Source of the DNA: a bacterium
GTDB taxonomy: Bacteria; CALINM01
NCBI GenBank assembly: GCA_041640455.1
Contig: JBEQAF010000059.1
Location: 1-13,515, forward strand
DNA: 13,515 nucleotides
Reading direction: 5' to 3'
Shown piece by piece: positions 1-6,484 of the stretch (positions are counted from its first letter, which is position 1; the number at the start of each line of letters is the position of its first letter). The position numbers were made by a program, and so were the translations under genes. The notes below the pieces were generated by a model. The model had not been told where the DNA came from. It saw only the letters and a program-made list of their open reading frames with translations, and made no database searches.

Positions 1-1
1 G

Positions 2-220
2 GTTTTAGGTATGTGGCTTACGCTTATGTTTTTTGAGTTAACAGATGAAAAAATATTGATAGCCTTTTTACTATTCAGATTTTTTGATATTGTGAAACCC
101 TATCCGATTAAAAAAATAGAAAAAAGGTTTCGGGGTCCTATCGGAATTATTCTGGATGACCTTGTCGCAGCCATATACTCAAAAATTATGCTGTTTATAA
201 TTGTATTTCAGACCTTTTAA
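2..220 (+). CDS. pgpA: Phosphatidylglycerophosphatase A, 3' part (5'-truncated by window edge)
   Basis: Frame is open from position 2 (VLGMWLT...). It contains PgpA hallmark motifs FLLFRFFDIVKPYPI and GIILDDLVAAIY. ATG at 11 is internal, not the true start. The pgpA-cinA adjacency is a common arrangement. Confidence 0.93.
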   Translation, partial: VLGMWLTLMFFELTDEKILIAFLLFRFFDIVKPYPIKKIEKRFRGPIGIILDDLVAAIYSKIMLFIIVFQTF

Positions 221-221
221 T

Positions 222-695
222 ATGCAGAACAGTGAGATTTTAGGCAACATACTCAGGGAAAGGAAGCTTACAGTTTCAGTGGCAGAGTCCTGCACAGGTG
301 GGCTTATTAGCAAGCTGATAACCGATACAGCTGGAAGCTCAGATTATTTCATAACTGGTGTTGTAGCCTATTCCAACGATGCGAAGAAAAAAATACTAAA
401 TGTCAGTGAGGATACACTTAAAAACTTTGGTGCTGTAAGTTTGCAGTGTGCAGAAGAGATGGTTAAAGGGATAAGGAAGCTTTCGGATTCCCATATCTGC
501 ATAGCCACTACAGGCATAGCAGGACCGACAGGCGGAAGCATTAGTAAACCTGTTGGAGTTGTATTCTGTGGCTTTTACTTTTTTGATGAGCTGTCTGTGG
601 AAAAAATATATCTTAAAGGCACAAGAACACAGATTAGAGAACAGGCGGCAAATTTTTGTCTAAACTGGGCAATAAAGAGGCTAATTTATGGATAG
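222..695 (+). CDS. cinA: CinA C-terminal domain protein / nicotinamide mononucleotide deamidase (PncC family), single-domain form
   Basis: Motifs VAESCTGG, AGSSDYF, YSNDAKKKIL, GAVS and TTGIAGPTGG..KPVG are present. ATG at 222, one base after the pgpA stop, is preferred over the TTG at 201. Confidence 0.92.
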   Translation: MQNSEILGNILRERKLTVSVAESCTGGLISKLITDTAGSSDYFITGVVAYSNDAKKKILNVSEDTLKNFGAVSLQCAEEMVKGIRKLSDSHICIATTGIAGPTGGSISKPVGVVFCGFYFFDELSVEKIYLKGTRTQIREQAANFCLNWAIKRLIYG

Positions 696-1260
696 ACTTA
701 GACTTTTTGTAGCAGTAGATATGGACAGGGAAGGGATTGAAAAAATCAAGACCTTTCAGAAGGAGCTCATGAAAGAGCTGAAGGAGGTCAGATGGACGAG
801 GGAAAATACCTGGCATATTACCCTTAAATTTATAGGTGAGGTTAGGGAAGACAAGCTCGAGGCTATTAAAAAAGCCATTACAATTACTGAGTCGGTCTCT
901 CCTATTGGACTGGAACTTAATAAAATGTCTGCTTTTCCATCTATAAAGGCGCCACGAGTAATTTTTATAGACATAAAAGAAAACCCATTTCTAAATACAT
1001 TAGCCGAAAAGGTGGAAGATGCGCTTTTTTTACTCGGCTTTAAGAAGGAGGGAAGGGAATTCAAAGCTCATATTACTTTAGGAAGGGTTAAAGAGACAAA
1101 AAAGTTTATAACAGCTAACCCAGACTTTGCAGAGTTATTTAAAAAATCAATCTCCCATACCTTCACCGTAAATGAGTTTCATCTTTATAAGAGCGACTTA
1201 AAAAAGGAAGGACCTGTATATACAAAGCTCTTTACTGTACCGCTAATTGGCGCTGATTAA
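688..1260 (+). CDS. thpR: RNA 2',3'-cyclic phosphodiesterase (2H phosphoesterase, LigT/ThpR)
   Basis: N-terminal RLFVAV, two HxT motifs (WHITLKFIG, AHITLGR), FP..PRV and C-terminal LYKSDL...GPVY. It overlaps the cinA stop by 8 nt. Confidence 0.93.
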   Translation: MDRLRLFVAVDMDREGIEKIKTFQKELMKELKEVRWTRENTWHITLKFIGEVREDKLEAIKKAITITESVSPIGLELNKMSAFPSIKAPRVIFIDIKENPFLNTLAEKVEDALFLLGFKKEGREFKAHITLGRVKETKKFITANPDFAELFKKSISHTFTVNEFHLYKSDLKKEGPVYTKLFTVPLIGAD

Positions 1261-1279
1261 CGTTCTGGTTCTTTAAAGT

Positions 1280-1307
1280 TTGACTTTTAATTCCCATTTG
1301 CTATAAA
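1280..1307 (+). promoter_or_regulatory. Putative sigma70 promoter for tRNA-Gly
   Basis: TTGACT (1280-1285), a 16-bp spacer, then TG-c-TATAAA extended -10 (TG 1299-1300, hexamer 1302-1307), about 15 nt before the tRNA. Confidence 0.65.
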
Positions 1308-1322
1308 ATTTTATTTAAATTT

Positions 1323-1394
1323 GCGGGCGTAGCTCAGGGGTAGAGTACAAGCTTCCCAAGCTTGGTGTCGCGGGTTCGAATCCCGTCGCCCGCT
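1323..1394 (+). tRNA. tRNA-Gly, anticodon CCC; 3' CCA not encoded
   Basis: Full cloverleaf: acceptor GCGGGCG/CGCCCGC, D-stem GCTC/GAGT, anticodon stem CAAGC/GCTTG with loop TT-CCC-AA (CCC at 1355-1357), T-arm GCGGG-TTCGAAT-CCCGT, and discriminator U (typical of bacterial tRNA-Gly). Confidence 0.97.
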
Positions 1395-1406
1395 TTTCTC
1401 TTTCAA

Positions 1407-1438
1407 TTGACAATTTTAATAATCTAAAATACTATAAT
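1407..1438 (+). promoter_or_regulatory. Putative sigma70 promoter of the liv operon
   Basis: Consensus TTGACA (1407-1412), with TACTAT at 17-bp spacing (1430-1435) overlapping a consensus TATAAT at 20-bp spacing (1433-1438). A strong SD AAGGAGG (1461-1467) precedes ATG 1473. Confidence 0.7.
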
Positions 1439-1472
1439 CTAAAAATTTAGTAATCTTAAAAAGGAGGTTTTT

Positions 1473-2588
1473 ATGAGAAAGATACTGGTGTTAGTTTTAA
1501 CCTTTGCCTTGTTCTCTTTTGCAAGCGCCAAAGAGACTGTTAAGCTTGGCTTAATTACACCTCTTACAGGCGATGTAAAGACCTTTGGTGAGTCCTCAAG
1601 GAACAGCTTTTTAATAGCTGTAGAGGAATATAACAAGACAGGAAAATATAATATTGTTCCAATTATAGCTGATGATAAAAATGACCCAACTGAGGGTACA
1701 AACGCTGCACTTAAGCTGATCACTCAGGATGGGGTGAAGGGTATTATAGGTCCTTTAACCTCCAAAGTGGCAATTCCTGTTTCAGAGATAGCAAATTCAA
1801 AAAAAGTACCCATGATAACAGGTACAGCTACAAATCCAAAAGTTACAATCTCTGACGGAAAAAGGAAGCCCTATGTGTTTAGAGCCTGTTTTATAGATCC
1901 CTATCAGGGGAAGGTTGCAGCTCAGTTTGCCTTAAAGGATTTAAAGTTAAAAACAGCCGCAGTTCTTTATGATGTGGGAAATGATTATTCTAAGGGGCTT
2001 GCAGAGGTTTTTAAGGAAAACTTTTCTAAAGGCGGTCAGGTAGTTGCCTTTGAATCATACCAGAAAGATGATGTGGACTTTTCCGCATTAATCACAAAAG
2101 TGGCTGCCAAAAAGCCCGATGTAATATTTCTCCCTGACTATTACAATAAGGTGGCTCTTATTGCAAAACAGCTTAGAGAAAGAGGAGTAAAATCCGTTCT
2201 TATGGGTGGTGACGGATGGGATTCACCAGAGCTAATTAAGATTGGTGGTAAGGCAATAGTGGGAGGTTATTTTACTAACCATTATTCACCTGACAGAAAA
2301 GATCCAGTTTCAGAAGCTTTTTTGAAAAAGTATAAGGAGAAACACAATGCCATCCCTGATGCGTTGGGCGTTTTAGCCTATGACGCTGCAATGATATATC
2401 TGAAGGCGCTTGATCAGGCAAAAAGCTCAGATCCCAGCGAAGTTATGAAGGTTCTTACCAACCTGAAAAACTTTAAGGGTGTCACAGGCACAATAGGCTT
2501 TGATAAGAATGGTGATGCCCAGAAGTCAGCCGTGATACTAAAACTCGAGGAGAACGGCGCAAAATATGTTACCACTGTTAATCCCTGA
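1473..2588 (+). CDS. livK: Branched-chain amino acid ABC transporter periplasmic substrate-binding protein (LivJ/LivK family)
   Basis: Sec signal peptide ending ASA-K, plus motifs KLGLITPLTG, IIGPLTS, FRACFIDPYQG, DYSKGLA, GGDGWDS and FKGVTGTIGFDKNGD. It is the first gene of a liv operon. Actual ligand specificity cannot be read from the sequence. Confidence 0.9.
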   Translation: MRKILVLVLTFALFSFASAKETVKLGLITPLTGDVKTFGESSRNSFLIAVEEYNKTGKYNIVPIIADDKNDPTEGTNAALKLITQDGVKGIIGPLTSKVAIPVSEIANSKKVPMITGTATNPKVTISDGKRKPYVFRACFIDPYQGKVAAQFALKDLKLKTAAVLYDVGNDYSKGLAEVFKENFSKGGQVVAFESYQKDDVDFSALITKVAAKKPDVIFLPDYYNKVALIAKQLRERGVKSVLMGGDGWDSPELIKIGGKAIVGGYFTNHYSPDRKDPVSEAFLKKYKEKHNAIPDALGVLAYDAAMIYLKALDQAKSSDPSEVMKVLTNLKNFKGVTGTIGFDKNGDAQKSAVILKLEENGAKYVTTVNP

Positions 2589-2606
2589 TATAATGGGCGG
2601 ATATTA

Positions 2607-3503
2607 GTGGAAACGCTGGGATACATATTACAGCAGTTTATTAACGGAATTCAGCTTGGTTCGGTCTATGCTCTTATTGCCCTCGGCTACACAATGGTAT
2701 ATGGCGTTTTAAGGATGATTAACTTTGCACATGGAGATGTGTTCATGCTGGGGGCTTTTTTTGGCTATTATCTAATAACCAGGATGAGTCTTCCAATATA
2801 TCTGGTTTTTCTTCTGGCAATGGCAGGCACAGCCCTTGTGGCATTTATCATAGAAAAATTAGCTTACAGTCCTTTAAGAAAGAAGAATGCACCTAAAATA
2901 TCCCTCCTGATCACGGCGGTGGGTGTTTCTCTTTTTATAGAGTATTTTTTCAGCCTGAACGCACTTTTTACTCCCAATTATATTGCCTTTCCAAGACCCT
3001 TTGAAGTAGAACCCTATGATCTAAATCTCTTTGTCATAACCAACGTGCACATTCTGATTTTTATAACCACTCTTATAAGCCTTTCCCTGCTTTATCTGCT
3101 AATATATAGAACCAGGCAGGGAAAAGCTATGAGAGCGGTAGCTCTGGATGCGGAGATGGCAAAGCTTGTGGGAGTTGATACGGAAAAAATTATATCTCTT
3201 ACTTTTATGCTGGGGGGAGCTCTTGCGGGACTCGGTGGGATTCTTTATGCCATTGCCTATCCTCAGATAAATGTTTTTATGGGGATTATGCCAGGGATAA
3301 AATCATTCATAGCGGCAGTGCTGGGAGGCATAGGAATAATTCATGGAGCAGTGCTCGGCGGATTTATCATAGGGATATCAGAGGTCTTTGTGTCTGCTTT
3401 TCTATCCTCCACACTAAGAGATGGCTTTATTTTTTTGATTCTCTTCGTATTTCTTATTGTAAGACCCAATGGTATATTCGGTAAAAGGATTGAAAAGGTA
3501 TGA
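2607..3503 (+). CDS. livH: Branched-chain amino acid ABC transporter permease
   Basis: GTG start. Motifs QQFINGIQLGSVYALIALGYTMVYG..INFAHG, TRQGKAMRAVA and FIAAVLGGIG; polytopic hydrophobic protein. Confidence 0.95.
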   Translation: METLGYILQQFINGIQLGSVYALIALGYTMVYGVLRMINFAHGDVFMLGAFFGYYLITRMSLPIYLVFLLAMAGTALVAFIIEKLAYSPLRKKNAPKISLLITAVGVSLFIEYFFSLNALFTPNYIAFPRPFEVEPYDLNLFVITNVHILIFITTLISLSLLYLLIYRTRQGKAMRAVALDAEMAKLVGVDTEKIISLTFMLGGALAGLGGILYAIAYPQINVFMGIMPGIKSFIAAVLGGIGIIHGAVLGGFIIGISEVFVSAFLSSTLRDGFIFLILFVFLIVRPNGIFGKRIEKV

Positions 3504-4441
3504 AGCTTCTTCTGGAGCTTAGAAAGGAGATAGTCTTTTCGCTCCTTTTGTATATGCTTTTGAAGATGATATTTATTAACAATCTCTTTTCCGATTATGT
3601 GGAGCAGGTGATACTCTATACAATAATCATAGTTTTGGGCTCCTTAGGATTAAATATTATTTATGGCTATACGGGTCAGTTCTCTCTCGGACATGCAGCC
3701 TTTTACGGGCTTGGCGCATATTTTTCAGCCTTTATAACTAAAAGCTTTTCTATAGAATCGTCTCTGATGTTTATTATTGTAGTATTTTCAGGCGGATTTT
3801 TTTCTGCTTTCGTGGCATATCTTATAGGTATCCCCATTCTGAAGTTTAAGGATGACTTTCTTGCCATTGCAACTTTAGGTTTTGGTATACTAATCCGAAA
3901 TATACTTGACAATTCAGACAGATTTCTTGAAACTCTGGGCGGATCAAGAGGTTTTGTTGGAATAGCAAGCCTTTCTGATCTTGAGACGGTATTTTTTGTC
4001 TCCATTTTTCTGATACTTATGTCTAAAAACATTATCCAGTCCAGATACGGTATCTTCTGGATGAGCATTAGAGATGATGAGACTGCATCCAGCTCTGTGG
4101 GGATAAATGTATCGGATATGAAGCTTTTAGCCTTCGTTTATGGATGTTTTCTTGCTGGAGTGGCTGGCGCTCTTTATGCCCATCTTTATACCTTTCTTCA
4201 TCCATCAAACTTTGACTTTTTGAAGTCTGTGGATTTTCTGGTAATTGTAATAGTGGGGGGGATGGGTAATATCTCAGGAACCGTTGTCGCAGGTGTTTTT
4301 TGGATTTTAATCATAGAAGGATTAAGGATAATGCTTCCTGCTCATATTCTTGAGTATCGCTGGGTGATAATCCCCATAGTGCTGATAATAATAATGATAT
4401 TAAAACCCTATGGTCTTATGGTAAGGAAGAGGGCTTTGTGA
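3500..4441 (+). CDS. livM: Branched-chain amino acid ABC transporter permease
   Basis: ATGA overlap with livH. Motifs GLNIIYGYTGQFSLGHAAFYGLGAY, FLAIATLGFG, IRDDETA and VIVIVGGMG. Confidence 0.94.
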   Translation: MKLLLELRKEIVFSLLLYMLLKMIFINNLFSDYVEQVILYTIIIVLGSLGLNIIYGYTGQFSLGHAAFYGLGAYFSAFITKSFSIESSLMFIIVVFSGGFFSAFVAYLIGIPILKFKDDFLAIATLGFGILIRNILDNSDRFLETLGGSRGFVGIASLSDLETVFFVSIFLILMSKNIIQSRYGIFWMSIRDDETASSSVGINVSDMKLLAFVYGCFLAGVAGALYAHLYTFLHPSNFDFLKSVDFLVIVIVGGMGNISGTVVAGVFWILIIEGLRIMLPAHILEYRWVIIPIVLIIIMILKPYGLMVRKRAL

Positions 4442-5211
4442 GTATTCTGGAGGTAAAAAAGCTTTCCAAAAGTTTTGGCGGCATTAAGGCTGTATGGGAT
4501 CTGAGCTTTAATGTAAAAAAAGGTGAGATTTTAAGTATTATCGGTCCTAACGGCGCTGGCAAAACAACTATTTTTAATCTCATTACGGGTTTTTACAGGG
4601 CAGACACTGGTAAGATTATCTTTTCAGGTCAGGATATTACCCATCTTAATACGGAAAAAAGAATAAATCTTGGTATGGCAAGAACCTTTCAGAACTTAAG
4701 ACTTTTCAGATCCATGTCAGTATTTGAAAATGTGCTAACAGCCGCTCTGGTAAAACATAAATATGGCTTTGTCTCAGGTCTTCTTAGAACTTCAGGCTTT
4801 TACAGCAAAAAAAAAGAGGCAGAGGAAAGGGCAAGATATCTTATCAATTTTATGGGGCTCAAGGAAAAGGAAAGCTATCTGGCAACAAGCCTTCCTTACG
4901 GAGATCAAAGAAAGCTTGAGATAGCCAGAGCTCTGGCAACGGAGCCAAAACTGCTTCTGGTTGATGAGCCCTGTGCGGGCATGAATCACAGCGAGATAAA
5001 TCAGATTATGGAAACCTTTTTCAGGATTCAGGAGACCTTTAAAACTACTATGATCATTATTGAGCATCATATGGAACTGGTAATGAAAGTATCGGAACGG
5101 ATTATAGTGGTAGATTTTGGTGAAAAGATTATGGAAGGAAGACCTGAGGAAGTTAAAAACGACAAAAGAGTTATAGAGGCATATCTGGGTGAGGATTATG
5201 GAGTTCAGTGA
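4438..5211 (+). CDS. livG: Branched-chain amino acid ABC transporter ATP-binding protein
   Basis: GTGA overlap with livM. Walker A GPNGAGKTT, ARTFQNLRLF, LPYGDQRKLEIARALA, Walker B LLVDEP and C-terminal VIEAYLG. Confidence 0.95.
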   Translation: MSILEVKKLSKSFGGIKAVWDLSFNVKKGEILSIIGPNGAGKTTIFNLITGFYRADTGKIIFSGQDITHLNTEKRINLGMARTFQNLRLFRSMSVFENVLTAALVKHKYGFVSGLLRTSGFYSKKKEAEERARYLINFMGLKEKESYLATSLPYGDQRKLEIARALATEPKLLLVDEPCAGMNHSEINQIMETFFRIQETFKTTMIIIEHHMELVMKVSERIIVVDFGEKIMEGRPEEVKNDKRVIEAYLGEDYGVQ

Positions 5212-5923
5212 GGTTTTTTTTGAGATAAAAAATCTTTCTGTTAGCTATGGACTTATTGAGGCTCTGAAAGGTATTTCTATAAAGGTTTTTAAAGGTGAGA
5301 TCATATCCATTATAGGAGCAAACGGTGCCGGGAAATCTACCCTACTAAAAGCTATAACAGGCATTGTGAAGGCGAAAAGTGGAGAGATAATTTATCAGAA
5401 CATTAATATTAGTAACTCTGAACCTGAGCAGATAGTGAGAAAAGGGATAGCCCTTGTTCCTGAGGGGAGAAGGGTTTTCTACTCACTGACAGTTTTAGAA
5501 AATCTTGAGCTCGGCGCCTATTTTATCAAAGATAAGCTGATTTTTCAGGAAAACCTTGATCTTGTACTTTCTACCTTTCCAAGACTTCAAGAGAGGCTTA
5601 GTCAGCCTGCAGGCACACTATCCGGGGGTGAACAGCAGATGCTTGCCATAGGCAGGGCTTTAATGTCAGCCCCTAAACTTCTGCTTTTAGATGAACCATC
5701 CATGGGGCTTTCTCCAAAAATTACCAGAGAGATCTTTACCCTTATAAAAAAAATAAATGATGAGAAAAAGATATCCATGATTATGGTTGAGCAAAACGCA
5801 CTGATGGCTCTCAAAACATCGAGCAGAAGCTATGTAATTGAGAACGGCGTTATTAAAAAAGAAGCGGATTCTCATGAGCTTGTTTCAGATCCAGTTATTG
5901 TAAAATCCTACCTTGGTAGCTGA
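5198..5923 (+). CDS. livF: Branched-chain amino acid ABC transporter ATP-binding protein
   Basis: Walker A GANGAGKST, VPEGRRVF, signature LSGGEQQMLAIGRALM, LLLDEPSMGL, VEQNA and YLG terminus. Start is ATG 5198 (after GAGGA) or GTG 5189 and is not certain. Confidence 0.94.
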   Translation: MEFSEVFFEIKNLSVSYGLIEALKGISIKVFKGEIISIIGANGAGKSTLLKAITGIVKAKSGEIIYQNINISNSEPEQIVRKGIALVPEGRRVFYSLTVLENLELGAYFIKDKLIFQENLDLVLSTFPRLQERLSQPAGTLSGGEQQMLAIGRALMSAPKLLLLDEPSMGLSPKITREIFTLIKKINDEKKISMIMVEQNALMALKTSSRSYVIENGVIKKEADSHELVSDPVIVKSYLGS

Positions 5924-5939
5924 AATAATGAACAATTTC

Positions 5940-5967
5940 TTGAAAAATTCTCAAAATGTAATATTAT
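5940..5967 (+). promoter_or_regulatory. Putative promoter of the ferritin-like gene with an overlapping imperfect palindrome
   Basis: TTGAAA (5940-5945), a 16-bp spacer, then TATTAT (5962-5967). A 7-1-7 inverted repeat TTGAAAA-A-TTCTCAA (5940-5954) covers the -35. The region is very AT-rich, so chance matches are possible. Confidence 0.45.
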
Positions 5968-5997
5968 TTAATTTAAATGAAAAACAAGGAGGCTAAA

Positions 5998-6423
5998 ATG
6001 GCAGGGAAAAACAAAAAAAATCTTAAGGAGATGTTAAATGATGCCATTGCAAGGGAGATACAGGTTTCCGTGCAGTATATGTGGCAGCATGTGCAGGCAG
6101 TTGGTTTAAAAGGAGAGGTTGTAAAGGGTATATTTAAAAAATTTGCTATCACCGAGATGAAACATGCTGAGGCAATAGCAGAAAGGCTTGTTATGTTGGG
6201 CGGTATCCCAACCACCATGCCAACACCTATCAAAGTGGGAAACAGTACCGATGAGATGCTTAAGCTTGATAAAAAGGCTGAGGAAGAAGCAATAGCCATG
6301 TACAAAGAGATAATTGCTATGGCTCATAAAGAGGGAGATTATATTACAGCCAATCTCTTTATTGGCATCCTGGCTGATGAAGAGGAACATTTCGCGGCAT
6401 TTGAAAGCTATCTTTCAAAATAA
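5998..6423 (+). CDS. Bacterioferritin-like four-helix diiron protein (141 aa, short form)
   Basis: SD AAGGAGG precedes ATG 5998, preferred over 5977. Ferroxidase-type ligands E20, E53/H56 (EMKH), E95 and E128/H131 (EEEH), plus Y27 and the AERLVMLGGIP motif, match bacterioferritin spacing. Confidence 0.88.
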   Translation: MAGKNKKNLKEMLNDAIAREIQVSVQYMWQHVQAVGLKGEVVKGIFKKFAITEMKHAEAIAERLVMLGGIPTTMPTPIKVGNSTDEMLKLDKKAEEEAIAMYKEIIAMAHKEGDYITANLFIGILADEEEHFAAFESYLSK

Positions 6424-6447
6424 CCGGCACATTTATTTTAAATTTTT

Positions 6448-6484
6448 AAGGCAGACCCGTTAAGGAGTCTGCCTTCTTTTTTTT
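6448..6484 (+). terminator. Rho-independent terminator downstream of the ferritin-like gene
   Basis: Perfect 9-bp stem AAGGCAGAC (6448-6456)/GTCTGCCTT (6467-6475), extendable by CC/GG with one bulge, followed by C and T8 (6477-6484). Confidence 0.85.

Noticed and set aside
688..1394. thpR next to a tRNA as a possible dedicated tRNA-repair system
   Set aside because: thpR is explained by the conserved pgpA-cinA-thpR cluster. The tRNA is intronless and intact with its own promoter, and no RtcB, Hen1/Pnkp or nuclease gene is nearby.
4807..4815. A9 homopolymer in livG (another at 13260-13268 in pdxA) as possible phase-variation or frameshift sites
   Set aside because: Both frames are intact across the runs, and such tracts are expected from Lys codons in AT-rich DNA.
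5934..5949. CodY-box-like AATTTCTTGAAAAATT near the liv operon
   Set aside because: The match needs a gap and lies downstream of the liv genes. CodY is chiefly a Firmicutes regulator, while SurA suggests a diderm host.
6226..6249. IKVGNST in the ferritin-like protein resembling an encapsulin cargo-loading peptide (LxVGSL-like)
   Set aside because: It is internal, in the long loop between helices where Bfr has a similar conserved segment, not terminal. No encapsulin gene is in the window.
1370..6484. tRNA-anchored integrative element or prophage
   Set aside because: No integrase, transposase or phage gene, and no duplicate of the tRNA 3' end found by eye near the far boundary.
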